Shown here one piece after another: positions 1 to 9,455 of a stretch of DNA of 34,064 nt. The notes under the pieces are model-generated. The model had not been told where the DNA came from. It saw only the letters and a program-made list of their open reading frames with translations, and did not search any database. The translations under genes were made by a program, and so were the position numbers. The stretch's first letter is position 1; each line of letters opens with the position of its first letter. This DNA comes from Actinomycetota bacterium (GTDB taxonomy: Bacteria > Actinomycetota > Actinomycetes > Propionibacteriales > Nocardioidaceae), in assembly GCA_046732575.1 (NCBI GenBank), contig JBKPNJ010000085.1:1-34064 (forward strand). Direction: 5' to 3'.

Positions 1-40
1 CTCCAGGACCGACGGTCAAAGTCCGGTTGGGAGGAGGCAC
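1..40 (+). promoter_or_regulatory. FMN riboswitch (RFN element), 3' portion only. The 5' half of the aptamer lies upstream of the window.
   Basis: CCGACGGTCAAAGTCCGGTTGGGAGGAGG (9-37) closely matches the conserved 3' segment of RFN aptamers as I recall the B. subtilis ribD leader (GCCGACAGTGAAAGTCTGGATGGGAGAAGG). It sits directly upstream of ribD. A perfect 9-bp hairpin CCGCACGGC/GCCGTGCGG (63-71/81-89) follows, and CCGTCGG (110-116) is complementary to aptamer CCGACGG, a possible expression platform. Confidence 0.7.
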
Positions 41-158
41 GCGACGGCTCCACGTCCGTGGACCGCACGGCAGCCCGACCGCCGTGCGGCGGTCGACAGG
101 GCGAGGCCGCCGTCGGCACGCTCTACCCCGGGGTCCGCGAACGGACGAAGGGGTGCGC

Positions 159-1202
159 GTGACCAGTGCGGCTGAGCTGACGGCGATGCGCCGTGCGCTC
201 GACCTGGCCGCCGACCCTGCCGCGCCGCTGGGTCCCAACCCGCGCGTGGGCTGCGTGCTCCTCGACCCGGCGGGCGGCGTCGTCGCCGAGGGTTTCCACC
301 GTGGCGCGGGCACCCCACACGCCGAGGCCGTCGCGCTCGCCGCCGCCGGACCGCGGGCGCTCGGTGCGACGGCGGTCGTCACTCTCGAGCCCTGCCGGCA
401 CACCGGCCGCACACCTCCCTGCACTGCGAGGCTGATCGAGGCCGGCGTCCGCCGGGTCGTGTTCGCCCAGGCGGACACCAGCCCGGTCGCGGCCGGCGGC
501 GCGAGGACGCTGACCCACGCCGGCGTCGACGTGCAGCCGGGCGTGCTGGCCGAGCAGGCCGCGGCGCTCAACCCGAGGTGGACGTTCGCGGTCGAGCACT
601 CCCGCCCGTTCGTGACCTGGAAGGTCGCCGAGTCGCTCGACGGACGAAGTGCGGCGGCAGACGGCACGAGCCGCTGGATCACCGGCATCGCGGCCCGGCG
701 GGACGTCCACCGGTTGCGCGCCGAGGCCGATGTGGTGCTGGTCGGGGCCGGGACCGCGCTGGCTGACAACCCCCGTCTCACCGTCCGCGATGACAGTGAC
801 CGGCCCCGATCCGAGCAGCCGTTGCGGGCAGTGATGGGCCTACGTGACCTGCCGCCGACGTTGCGCCTCTGGGACTCGAGCGCCCCGACGGTGCACCTGC
901 GCACCCGGGATCCCGCCGAGGCACTGGCCACCCTGTACGCCGGTCAGCGGCAGCACGTCTGGCTCGAAGGCGGGCCACGCCTGGCCGGGGCTTTCATCGG
1001 CCGGGGACTCGTCGACCGGGTGGTCGCCTACCTGGCCCCCGTGCTGCTCGGCGCGGGACGCTCGGCACTCGCCGACTGTGCCGTCTCCACGCTGGGCGAC
1101 GCGGTTCGGCTCGAGGTGGACGACGTCACAAGGGTCGGCCAGGACATCCGCGTCACCGCCCGCCCGGCCCGGTGCACCGAACTCGCGGCCCCGAAGGACT
1201 GA
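159..1202 (+). CDS. ribD: Bifunctional diaminohydroxyphosphoribosylaminopyrimidine deaminase / 5-amino-6-(5-phosphoribosylamino)uracil reductase
   Basis: Deaminase zinc motifs HAEAVAL and EPCRHTGRTPPC, plus a C-terminal reductase domain. The GTG at 159 gives the typical N-terminus VTSAAELTAMRRALDLA. The ORF-track extension back to 27 overlaps the riboswitch and is Arg/Gly junk. Confidence 0.9.
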   Translation: MTSAAELTAMRRALDLAADPAAPLGPNPRVGCVLLDPAGGVVAEGFHRGAGTPHAEAVALAAAGPRALGATAVVTLEPCRHTGRTPPCTARLIEAGVRRVVFAQADTSPVAAGGARTLTHAGVDVQPGVLAEQAAALNPRWTFAVEHSRPFVTWKVAESLDGRSAAADGTSRWITGIAARRDVHRLRAEADVVLVGAGTALADNPRLTVRDDSDRPRSEQPLRAVMGLRDLPPTLRLWDSSAPTVHLRTRDPAEALATLYAGQRQHVWLEGGPRLAGAFIGRGLVDRVVAYLAPVLLGAGRSALADCAVSTLGDAVRLEVDDVTRVGQDIRVTARPARCTELAAPKD

Positions 1203-1208
1203 CGCACG

Positions 1209-1814
1209 ATGTTCACCGGAATCGTCGAGGAGCGGGGCGTCGTGGTCGAGCTGATCGACCTGGGCGACTCCGTCCGGCTCGCCGTTCAGGCGCCGGTGGT
1301 CTGCGCAGACTCGCGAGCGGGTGACTCGATCTCGGTGAGCGGCTGCTGCCTGACCGTCGTCGACAACGCCGGCGGCGTCTTCACCGCCGACGTGATGAAG
1401 GAGACCCTCGAGCGGACCTCCCTGGGTGGCCTGGAGCCGGGGAGCCCGGTCAACCTCGAGCGCGCCGTCACCGCGGGCTCGCGCCTCGGCGGACACATGG
1501 TCCAGGGGCACGTCGACGGGACCGGGACGCTCGTCGACCGCTCCCCTTCCCCTCACTGGGAGGTCCTGCGAGTCGGCCTGCCGGTGGCGCTCGCGAGGTA
1601 TGTCGCGGTCAAGGGGTCGGTAGCCGTTGACGGGGTGTCGCTGACCGTGGTCGACGTCGAGGATGGTGAGCGGCCGTCGTTCACCGTCAGCCTGATCCCC
1701 AGCACGCTGGAACGCACCACGCTGGGCGACGCCCAGGCCGGAGCGCGGCTCAACCTGGAGGTCGACGTCATCGCCAAGTACGTCGAGCGACTGCTGGCGG
1801 GAGACGTCAGATGA
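1209..1814 (+). CDS. ribE: Riboflavin synthase (alpha chain)
   Basis: Canonical N-terminus MFTGIVEE and an internally duplicated lumazine-binding fold. It lies in rib operon context. Confidence 0.93.
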   Translation: MFTGIVEERGVVVELIDLGDSVRLAVQAPVVCADSRAGDSISVSGCCLTVVDNAGGVFTADVMKETLERTSLGGLEPGSPVNLERAVTAGSRLGGHMVQGHVDGTGTLVDRSPSPHWEVLRVGLPVALARYVAVKGSVAVDGVSLTVVDVEDGERPSFTVSLIPSTLERTTLGDAQAGARLNLEVDVIAKYVERLLAGDVR

Positions 1815-2521
1815 ATGCGCTCAATTGGCTCTTCGCGACAAGCCTGACGATCGGTGGCTACACAATCCTCGTCCGGGAGATCGTCGGCAACGGCTTCGGG
1901 CTGTTGTCCGCGATCGGCGGCATGCGCCGACGGGTATGGGCCTGGCCGGTCGGCATCGTGGGGAACGTGCTGCTGTTCACCGTGTTCTTGGGGGTGGCGT
2001 TCGGGAACCCGCAGGGGACCACCCTGTACGGCCAGGCCGCTCGCCAGGTGTTCTTCATCGCAGTCAGCGTGTACGGCTGGTGGAGGTGGCGGCAGACCCA
2101 GCGAGCCGGTGGCCGCTCGGCCCCGGCCGTGGAGCCCCGCTGGGCCACCTGGACCGAACGGGCGGCAGGGATCGCGACCGGCTTGTGCGCGGTGGGGGTC
2201 TGCTTCGTGATCTTCCGCGCCATCGGAGCCGGCTTCCCGGTCCCCTGGTGGTTCTACCTGGCCGACGCCTGGATCTTCGTGGGGTCAGTGCTCGCCACCT
2301 ACGCCATGGCCAGGGGACTTGTGGAGTTCTGGCTCTGCTGGATCGCCGTCGACCTGGTGGGGGTGCCAGAGCTGCTGCACTTCCACTTCTACCCCTCCGC
2401 CGTCCTCTACGGCATCTACGGGCTGTTCGTGATCTGGGGTTTCGTGGTGTGGCGACGGCTCACCCGCCACGGCCGTCCGCCGCAGATCGACGATCCACGA
2501 ATCGAGGCGGTCGGCGCATGA
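1811..2521 (+). CDS. ribM: PnuC-family membrane transporter, RibM/PnuX-type riboflavin importer
   Basis: Polytopic, Trp-rich PnuC-like sequence ([12 protein letters not shown]..., YGWWRW...). It sits between ribE and ribBA, as in the actinobacterial ribBMAH arrangement. 4-nt ATGA overlaps occur at both ends (1811-1814 and 2518-2521). Confidence 0.8.
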   Translation: MNALNWLFATSLTIGGYTILVREIVGNGFGLLSAIGGMRRRVWAWPVGIVGNVLLFTVFLGVAFGNPQGTTLYGQAARQVFFIAVSVYGWWRWRQTQRAGGRSAPAVEPRWATWTERAAGIATGLCAVGVCFVIFRAIGAGFPVPWWFYLADAWIFVGSVLATYAMARGLVEFWLCWIAVDLVGVPELLHFHFYPSAVLYGIYGLFVIWGFVVWRRLTRHGRPPQIDDPRIEAVGA

Positions 2522-3759
2522 CCGGTGTGAGGTACGACAGCGTCGAGCGGGCAGTCGCCGACATCGCCGCCGGAAAGGCGGTGGTCGTCGTCGACGCCGC
2601 CGACCGGGAGAACGAGGGCGACCTGATCTTCGCGGCGAGCAAGTCGACGCCGGAGCTGATGGCGTTCACGATCCGGCACTCCAGCGGTGTCGTCTGCGCA
2701 CCGGTGACCGGTGAGATGCTCGACCGGTTGGCCATCCCGCTGATGACCCCGCACAACCGGGAACGGATGCGCACCGCGTACACGATCTCCGTCGACGCCC
2801 GCGACGGCGTCACGACGGGCATCTCGGCGGCCGACCGGTCGCACACCGTCCGGGTGCTGGCCGACTCCGCCACCGAGCCCCGCGAGCTGGTCCAACCCGG
2901 GCACGTCTTCCCGCTGCGCTACCGCGAGGGTGGCGTCCTGGTCCGCCCAGGCCACACCGAGGCGGCGGTCGACCTCGCCAGGCTGGCCGGCCTGACCCCC
3001 GCCGGGGTGATCGCCGAGCTGGTCCACGACGACGGCTCGATGCGGCGCGGGCCGTCGCTGCGCGCGTTCGCCGACGAGCACGGGCTGGCGCTGATCCGTA
3101 TCCCCGACCTCATCCGGTACCGCCGCACCCACGAGCGTCAGGTCGAACGGGTGGCGGAGACGACCCTGCCGACGCCGCACGGCACGTTCCGCGCCTACGG
3201 GTACCGCAACGTGATCGACCGGTCCGAGCACATCGCACTCGTCTACGGCGAGGTCGCCGGTCGGCGGGGGGTGCTCACCCGGGTGCACTCGGAGTGCCTG
3301 ACCGGTGACATCTTCTCCTCACAGCGATGCGACTGCGGACCCCAGCTGCACGCCGCCCTCGCGGCCGTCGTCGCCGAGGGGACCGGCGTCGTGGTCTACC
3401 TGCGAGGGCACGAGGGCCGGGGGATCGGCCTGCTGCACAAGCTCCGCGCGTACAGCCTGCAGGACTCCGGGCACGACACCGTCGACGCCAACCTCGAGCT
3501 CGGGCTGCCCGCAGATGCCCGCGACTACGGCACCGGCGCGCAGATCCTGAGCGATCTGTCGGTGGTCTCGGTACGTCTGCTCACCAACAACCCGGCCAAG
3601 ACAGCCGGCCTCGAACGTTACGGGACGGAGGTGGCCGAGCGGGTGGCCATGCCGTCCACTGTCACCGCCGACAACCTGGTCTACCTGCGGACGAAGCGTG
3701 ACCGGATGGGTCACGACCTTCCCGACCTCGCCGTGCCGCTGCGTGAGGTGCCGGGATGA
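2518..3759 (+). CDS. ribBA: Bifunctional 3,4-dihydroxy-2-butanone-4-phosphate synthase / GTP cyclohydrolase II
   Basis: [12 protein letters not shown] (DHBP synthase) and VHSECLTGD...RCDCG (GTP cyclohydrolase II zinc site). ATG at 2518 ([13 protein letters not shown]). The upstream part of ORF 1825..3759 overlaps ribM and is not coding. Confidence 0.93.
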   Translation: MTGVRYDSVERAVADIAAGKAVVVVDAADRENEGDLIFAASKSTPELMAFTIRHSSGVVCAPVTGEMLDRLAIPLMTPHNRERMRTAYTISVDARDGVTTGISAADRSHTVRVLADSATEPRELVQPGHVFPLRYREGGVLVRPGHTEAAVDLARLAGLTPAGVIAELVHDDGSMRRGPSLRAFADEHGLALIRIPDLIRYRRTHERQVERVAETTLPTPHGTFRAYGYRNVIDRSEHIALVYGEVAGRRGVLTRVHSECLTGDIFSSQRCDCGPQLHAALAAVVAEGTGVVVYLRGHEGRGIGLLHKLRAYSLQDSGHDTVDANLELGLPADARDYGTGAQILSDLSVVSVRLLTNNPAKTAGLERYGTEVAERVAMPSTVTADNLVYLRTKRDRMGHDLPDLAVPLREVPG

Positions 3760-4253
3760 CGGGCAAGGGCGCACCGGAGCTGGGCTCGCTCTCGGCAGCC
3801 GGTCTGCGCGTCGGCGTCGTGGCAGCCCGCTGGCACACCGTCGTGATGGACGGGCTGCTCGCCGGAGCCAGGAGAGCTCTGGCCGAGGCCGGAGTCGACT
3901 CGCCCACCGTGCTGCGCGTTCCCGGGTCATTCGAGCTCCCGGTGGGCGCACAGGCGCTCGCCGAAGCCGGCTGCCAGGCGATCGTCGCGCTGGGAGTGGT
4001 CATCCGGGGTGGAACACCCCACTTCCAGTTCGTCTGTGACGCCGCGACCCAGGGACTGACCCGGGTGGCGCTCGACCACCAGGTACCGGTCGGGTTCGGC
4101 GTGCTCACCTGCGACGACGAGCAACAGGCGCTCGACCGGGCGGGGCTGACGGCCTCTGTTGAGGACAAGGGGTTCGAGGCCGCCCAGGCGGCCGTCGCCA
4201 CCGCGCTCTCACTCCGAGGGCTGCAGGCGGGCCACGGGGACCGCCTAGGCTGA
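3756..4253 (+). CDS. ribH: 6,7-dimethyl-8-ribityllumazine synthase
   Basis: [10 protein letters not shown]..., VPGSFELP and VIRGGTPHF motifs. ATGA overlap with ribBA. Confidence 0.93.
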   Translation: MTGKGAPELGSLSAAGLRVGVVAARWHTVVMDGLLAGARRALAEAGVDSPTVLRVPGSFELPVGAQALAEAGCQAIVALGVVIRGGTPHFQFVCDAATQGLTRVALDHQVPVGFGVLTCDDEQQALDRAGLTASVEDKGFEAAQAAVATALSLRGLQAGHGDRLG

Positions 4254-4324
4254 GAGGGTCAACGACACCCACCCGCGAGCGCGTTCACCGCCACGGCGAC
4301 GAGCCGGAGATCCCGAGAGCACCC

Positions 4325-4591
4325 GTGATGAAGAGCTTCGACCAGCTATACGCCGAGCTGAGCAGCAAGGCGCGTACCCGCCCGGCGGGGTCGGCCACGG
4401 TCGCCGCGCTCGACGCCGGGGTGCACGGGATCGGCAAGAAGCTCGTCGAAGAGGCGGCGGAGACATGGATGGCGGCCGAGCACGAGGGGCCCGAGCGGAC
4501 AGCTCAGGAGATCAGCCAGCTGCTCTACCACACGCAGGTCATGATGATCGCGTGCAACCTGTCGCTGGACGACATCTACGACCATCTGTGA
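4325..4591 (+). CDS. hisE: Phosphoribosyl-ATP pyrophosphatase
   Basis: [42 protein letters not shown]...[13 protein letters not shown] is typical actinobacterial HisE. The start is GTG 4325 or ATG 4328. Confidence 0.9.
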   Translation: MMKSFDQLYAELSSKARTRPAGSATVAALDAGVHGIGKKLVEEAAETWMAAEHEGPERTAQEISQLLYHTQVMMIACNLSLDDIYDHL

Positions 4592-4648
4592 GCCGGCGTG
4601 CCAGCCGTCCCTGACGCCGTCGATGACCTGATTGCCCGAGGCTGACTG

Positions 4649-5494
4649 ATGTTGCGAATCGCGGTGCCGAACAAGGGCTCACTGGCCGACTCGGCTGCCG
4701 AGATGCTCCGCGAAGCGGGCTACCGGCAGCGCAAGGACAACCGTGAGCTGGTGCTGACCGATCCCGACAACGACGTGGAGTTCTTCTACCTCCGGCCGCG
4801 CGACATCGCGGTCTACGTCGGGGAGGGCACGCTGGACCTCGGGATCACCGGTCGGGACCTGCTGCTGGACTCCGGAGCACCGGCCGAGGAAGTGCTGCCG
4901 CTCGGGTTCGGCGAGTCGACGCTCCGCTTCGCCGCCCCTCCCGGACTCATCGCCGGCGCCGGCGAGCTTCGCGGGCTCCGGATCGCGACGGCGTACTCCG
5001 GGGTGCTGCGCCGCTGGCTGGACACGCGCAACGTCGACGCGACGGTCATCCGGCTGGACGGCGCAGTCGAGAGCGCCGTCCGCCTCGGAGTGGCTGACGC
5101 GATCGCCGACGTCGTGTCGACGGGTACGACGCTGCGCGAGGCCGGCCTGGAACTGGTCGGGGAGCCGATCCTGGAGTCACAGGCAGTGGTCATCCGCCGC
5201 GCCGGCCGCGAGCCGCCGACCGGCTTCGACATCTTCGAGCGGCGGCTGCAGGGCGTACTGGTGGCGCGGACCTTCGTGATGATGGACTACGACATCCGGG
5301 TGGAGTTCGTCGAGGACGCCGTCGCCGTAACACCGGGCATCGAGTCCCCGACGGTGTCACCGCTACATCGCAAGGGCTGGGTGGCGGTGCGGTCGATGGT
5401 CCCGCGGGCCACAGCGCAGCGGGTGATGGACGAGCTCTGGGAGCTGGGCGCCCGGGGGATCCTGGTCACCGACATCCACGCCTGCCGCCTCTGA
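4649..5494 (+). CDS. hisG: ATP phosphoribosyltransferase (long form)
   Basis: MLRIAVPNKGSL...EAGY and DLGITGRDLL motifs, with a C-terminal regulatory domain. It follows hisE. Confidence 0.92.
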   Translation: MLRIAVPNKGSLADSAAEMLREAGYRQRKDNRELVLTDPDNDVEFFYLRPRDIAVYVGEGTLDLGITGRDLLLDSGAPAEEVLPLGFGESTLRFAAPPGLIAGAGELRGLRIATAYSGVLRRWLDTRNVDATVIRLDGAVESAVRLGVADAIADVVSTGTTLREAGLELVGEPILESQAVVIRRAGREPPTGFDIFERRLQGVLVARTFVMMDYDIRVEFVEDAVAVTPGIESPTVSPLHRKGWVAVRSMVPRATAQRVMDELWELGARGILVTDIHACRL

Positions 5495-5500
5495 CCACGA

Positions 5501-5941
5501 ATGATGTACACCTACCGTCCGCTGGGCGCTCGCATCGCAGTGGCGATCGTCGCTCTCACCCTGGTGGCCGCGATCGCGGTGCTCTGGGTCGCGCTGCCCG
5601 GCGAGGTCCAGGACGACTTCACCTGGTTCCAGAGGGTCACCCTGCTGCTGCTGTTCGCGGTGACGCTCGCCGCCCTGTGGGGGCTGTTCCGGACCAGCGT
5701 GCGGACCGGTGAGGCCGGGCTGGAGATCGTGAACGTGTTCAAGGTGCGCACGTACCAGTGGCCACAGGTGGTCGCGATCTCGATGCGCCGCGGCGACCCG
5801 TGGGCTGTGCTGGACTTGGCCGACGGTACGAGCGTGGTGGCGATGGCCATCCAGAGCTCAGACGGCGCGCGGGCCGCTGCGGCCGTACGCGACATCTCCC
5901 AGCAGATCGATCAGCACTCACGGACCGAGCGCGACGACTGA
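5501..5941 (+). CDS. PH-domain (bacterial pleckstrin-like) membrane protein
   Basis: Two N-terminal transmembrane helices are followed by a short soluble domain (GLEIVNVFKVRTYQWPQVVAISMRRGDPWAVLDLADG), as in actinobacterial proteins commonly found next to hisG. Confidence 0.6.
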   Translation: MMYTYRPLGARIAVAIVALTLVAAIAVLWVALPGEVQDDFTWFQRVTLLLLFAVTLAALWGLFRTSVRTGEAGLEIVNVFKVRTYQWPQVVAISMRRGDPWAVLDLADGTSVVAMAIQSSDGARAAAAVRDISQQIDQHSRTERDD

Positions 5942-6031
5942 ACGCCACCTGCGTTCCCACGACTGTCGAGCCGCTCGTTGCCCGGTAGCGTGCACCGGAT
6001 GGCGAGCGGTCCAGGGCAGGCGGCAGGTCCC

Positions 6032-6559
6032 ATGCGCTCCACCACCTCAATAGTGCTGCGTAATGTGCGGCCCGCCGACCTCGACGCCTACGTTGAGATG
6101 CGTTGCGATCCCGTGATGATGGCCGACCTGTGAGGACCCCAGGCGCCGGCGGACATGGAGCGGAAGGTATTGCGAGACGCACGGGAGGCAGCGGCTGACC
6201 GCGAGTGGATCTTGATGATCGTGCCGGACGACGGAACCGAGTCGGTGGCCGGCACGGTGGTCATCTACCCCAATGCCGAGCACGGCGACCCGCTCTCGGA
6301 GATCGGCTGGATGGTCCTCCCGGCGTACCAGGGGCGCGGAATCGCCAAGTCGGCGGTGCGGATGGTCCTGAGTCGCGCTCGAGACGAGCACCGGTGGGGA
6401 CCTGTCCACGCCTTTCCCAGCATCACGAACAAGCCTTCCAACGGCATCTGCCGCTCAGTGGGCTTCACCTTGCTACGGCAGGAGCAGATTCCCTTCGCCG
6501 GACAGGTCTTCACGTCCAATCATTGGCGCATCGACCCCCAGGTCGACGCAGTGCTCTAG
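6032..6559 (+). pseudogene. GNAT-family N-acetyltransferase interrupted by one in-frame TGA (6131-6133)
   Basis: From ATG 6032 the frame reads MRSTTSIVLRNVRPADLDAYVEMRCDPVMMADL*GPQAPADMERKV...IGWMVLPAYQGRGIAKSAV. This is a complete GNAT (N-terminal strand plus the Q/RxxGxG/A acetyl-CoA motif) in a single frame. The stop sits where homologues usually have Gly (LGGP). Confidence 0.7.
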
Positions 6560-6570
6560 GCCGGGTCTCC

Positions 6571-7974
6571 TCAGCCGCTCCGCTCGCGAGTGCTTCTCGC
6601 GGCAAGGGCCTCGATCGCGGCGGAGAAGCACTCCATCGGTGGCGCGACGAGCCCGGCTCCCACCTGGCCCGTCCCCGCGATCCTTCCGGCCATGCCCGTG
6701 TTGATCTGCGGCAGGATCCCGGTGCGGAGCACCCGGGTGACGTCGATCCCCGTCGGAGCGCCGCGGAACTCCAGGATCGGTATCGCATAGGCGGGGTTCT
6801 CCGTGACGGTGATCTCGTACATCCGCTCGGTCGTCGCGAGTGCGTCCGGCACGCTGCCCCCAACGAACCGGACGATCGCCGGGGCGGTCGCCATCGAGAA
6901 CCCGCCGAGCCCTGCGGTCTCGGTGATCGCCGAGTCCCCGATATCCGGGTTCGCGTCGTCGGGACCGTAGGAGCCGAGATAGAGGCCGTCGGCCACACGC
7001 GCCGGGCCGGTGAACCAGTCGCCGCCGGTGCTCGAGACCTGGATCCCGAAGTCGGTGCCGTTGCGGGCCATCGTCGTGACCACCGTGCACCCGGGGATCG
7101 CATCGGCCGCCACCGTCTGAAGCTTGCAGGCGGGCATGACCAGGTTGAGGAAGAAGTGGTCGTTCGCCGAGACGAACCGCACCGCCTCGGCAACCTCGGC
7201 GCTCGGCCGGCCGGAGTCGATCATCGCCGGGAGCAGCTCGCGCAGCAGCATCAATGTTCCGGCCCGGTTGCGGTTGTGCCCCTCGTCGCCCATCTGGACC
7301 ATCTGCGCGATCACGGCCTTGATGTCGACCGGCCCGGTGCGGTCCACCGCTCGCTTCAGGAGTGGACCGAGGACATCGCTCATCCAGTGCAGTCGCTGGA
7401 CCACCTGTTCGTCGTATGCGCCGTACCGAAGGACCTTGCCCAGGCCCTCGTTGAGAGAGCACCAGGACGAGTTGCCGTGGACGTCGTCGCGCAGCTCGCA
7501 CAACCACATCGAGGACGAGACGATCCCGGCCATCGGCCCCACCGCCCCACGGTGATGGCAGGGTTCCCAGCTCACATCCCCACGCCCGAGCGCTGCCTCG
7601 GCGGCCTCAGGGGAGTCGGCCAGACCCTCGAAGAGCATCGCGCCGATCAGGCCGCCGCGCAGCGGGCCCGAGGCGCGCTCCCAGGCGATCGGAGGGCCGG
7701 CGTGCAGGAAGTGCCCGGGCCCGAGTCCCAGCGCAGCGCTCGCCGGCTGTACGTCCACCAGCATCGCCTCGGCGGCCAGCATCCGGGCGCCGGCCTCGGC
7801 GTTGCCCGCTGCGCGGCGAGCGTCGCCCATCACCGACGCCAGCGCATCCTCGGTGCCCGGGACGGGAGGCCCCCAGTCCACTCTCGTCGTCTCGACCCCC
7901 TGGGTCTCCAGGGCGTCGGCGAACAGGGCCGCACCGGCCGTGATCACGCTCGGTGGCTCGGCCAGCAGGCTCAT
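6571..7974 (-). CDS. DUF1116 protein, YlbE (AllG)-like
   Basis: Long collinear similarity, from memory, to E. coli YlbE: HAGPP, CHH..AVGPM, NEGLGKVLRYGAY, DHFFLNL, MARNG..FGI, NPDIGDSAITET.G.GG, INTGMA...GQVGAG. Its ATG overlaps the stop of the upstream FdrA-like gene (ATGA). Confidence 0.85.
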   Translation of the reverse strand: MSLLAEPPSVITAGAALFADALETQGVETTRVDWGPPVPGTEDALASVMGDARRAAGNAEAGARMLAAEAMLVDVQPASAALGLGPGHFLHAGPPIAWERASGPLRGGLIGAMLFEGLADSPEAAEAALGRGDVSWEPCHHRGAVGPMAGIVSSSMWLCELRDDVHGNSSWCSLNEGLGKVLRYGAYDEQVVQRLHWMSDVLGPLLKRAVDRTGPVDIKAVIAQMVQMGDEGHNRNRAGTLMLLRELLPAMIDSGRPSAEVAEAVRFVSANDHFFLNLVMPACKLQTVAADAIPGCTVVTTMARNGTDFGIQVSSTGGDWFTGPARVADGLYLGSYGPDDANPDIGDSAITETAGLGGFSMATAPAIVRFVGGSVPDALATTERMYEITVTENPAYAIPILEFRGAPTGIDVTRVLRTGILPQINTGMAGRIAGTGQVGAGLVAPPMECFSAAIEALAARSTRERSG

Positions 7975-9455
7975 CTGTTCGCACCCCCGAGGAGTGAGAC
8001 GGCGGTGCGAGTTGCGGCGGCGTTGGACAGGAAGACGTGCGCCCCGGCCTCCCTGAGCCCCTCCGCCTGACGCGTGAGGCCCTGCGGGTCGTCCCGCGTG
8101 CCGATCAGCGAGACGAGCACCGGGACGTCCCGAACGGACCGGGCGGCCGAGACCGCGGGACCCAGCTGCGATGCCGGGTCCGGGTGTGCGCCGTGTCCGA
8201 GCACCACATCGAGCAGGAGCGCGCCGACCTCCGGGTCCCTCGCCTCCCGGTCCAGGCGTTCGACCCGCAGGGAGCCGTCGATCATCGGGTGCGGCCGTCC
8301 CACAGTGAGCGCATCGTCGCCGAAGTCGATCATCGTGTGCCCGCGCGAGCTCCTCGTCGGGTCCAACGCCCCCGACCCGGACAGTGGAATATTCGACGCG
8401 ATGTCGCCGAGTCTGGCGGAGGCGATGAGCATCGCCTCGTCACACAGCGTTCCGCCGGCGAACAGTCCACGCAGGTAGCGACCGCGTCCCTTGGCGGGGA
8501 CCTGCGGTGGGTGGTCGGCGGGTTCACACCAGCGGCCCCCCGCGGCCTCGGCGACGCTGCGCGCGGCCGCGGTGATGTCGGGCTGCCCCGGACCGAGGAG
8601 GGCGAAGACGACCGGCTTGCCCAGTCCTTCGGCGTGTGCGCGTACCAAGCCGGCTGTCTCTGCGGCGGGTGGCTTCGACACCACGGCGACCACCTCGACG
8701 GCCGGGTCGGCGGCGAGCAGGTCGAGCGCGCGAAGCGTCGACCGCCCGGCGACCTCAGCCGACAGGTCCCGCCCCCCGACGCCCAGGCAGTGCCTGACAC
8801 CGACATCCGCAGCGTCAAGCAGGGTCATCACATGCTGGGCACCGGTGCCGGAAGCGGCGACGATCCCAACGGGGCCCGGGCGGACGACGTTGGCGAAACC
8901 GAGCCCGACGCCGCACACAACCGCCGTACCGCAGTCGGGGCCCATCAGCAGCAGGCCGCGCTCCTGGGCGGTCACCTTGAGCGCGACCTCGTTCTCGAGG
9001 CTGACGTTGTCGCTGAACAGCATGACGTCGAGACCGGCGTCGAGGGCATCGGCCGCGTCGACCGCGGCGACCCGGCCCGGCGTGGACACCAACGCCAGCG
9101 TCGCGGCCACCCGCCTGGACGCCGCACCGATCGTGCGCGGCGCCGCCGCAGCCCCGAAGCCGCTCGGCGAGGGCTTGGTCCGCTCCGCGAGCGCCGAGTC
9201 CAACGACGACACCGCAGCGTCGAGCACCGTTCGGTCCTTCGCCCGGATCGCCACCACGAGCTGGTTCGGTGAGGGGTCCGATGGTGCCCGCAGACCCATC
9301 TCCTGCAGCATCTGGAGGTTCAGCGGCGTGGCCATCGCGACCAGCGCCGCACCGACTCCCGGCCGGGCCTGGATCGCCTGGCTGACCTGCATCAGGGTCA
9401 CCGAGTCGTGGTACGCCCCCGAGCGCACCTCGACATGGCTGACCGGGTCGGTCAT
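7971..9455 (-). CDS. FdrA (AllF)-like protein, succinyl-CoA-synthetase-alpha-type fold
   Basis: YHDSVTLMQVS, MLFSDNVSLENEV.LK, GLLLMGPDCGT, ASGTGAQ, LGVGGRDLS, VSKPPA and DALTVGRPHPMID are all shared with E. coli FdrA. The start ATG at 9455 (MTDPVSHVEV) overlaps the DUF2877 stop. The ORF-track extension to 9701 is rejected. Confidence 0.85.
   Translation of the reverse strand: MTDPVSHVEVRSGAYHDSVTLMQVSQAIQARPGVGAALVAMATPLNLQMLQEMGLRAPSDPSPNQLVVAIRAKDRTVLDAAVSSLDSALAERTKPSPSGFGAAAAPRTIGAASRRVAATLALVSTPGRVAAVDAADALDAGLDVMLFSDNVSLENEVALKVTAQERGLLLMGPDCGTAVVCGVGLGFANVVRPGPVGIVAASGTGAQHVMTLLDAADVGVRHCLGVGGRDLSAEVAGRSTLRALDLLAADPAVEVVAVVSKPPAAETAGLVRAHAEGLGKPVVFALLGPGQPDITAAARSVAEAAGGRWCEPADHPPQVPAKGRGRYLRGLFAGGTLCDEAMLIASARLGDIASNIPLSGSGALDPTRSSRGHTMIDFGDDALTVGRPHPMIDGSLRVERLDREARDPEVGALLLDVVLGHGAHPDPASQLGPAVSAARSVRDVPVLVSLIGTRDDPQGLTRQAEGLREAGAHVFLSNAAATRTAVSLLGGANR

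Noticed and set aside
1825-2517. N-terminal 231 codons of the 644-aa ORF 1825..3759, which would make a giant RibBA
   Set aside because: This part overlaps the PnuC/RibM gene in another frame and is Arg-rich nonsense. The conserved RibBA N-terminus begins at ATG 2518, which overlaps the ribM stop.
6131-6133. In-frame TGA of the GNAT gene as a selenocysteine or programmed recoding site
   Set aside because: The position aligns with a conserved Gly in a non-redox acetyltransferase. I see no SECIS-like stem-loop immediately downstream, so a nonsense mutation or sequencing error is far more likely.
6205-8070. 621-aa ORF on the plus strand
   Set aside because: It is antisense to the well-supported DUF1116 (YlbE-like) gene, and its Arg/Gly/Pro-rich product has no motifs.
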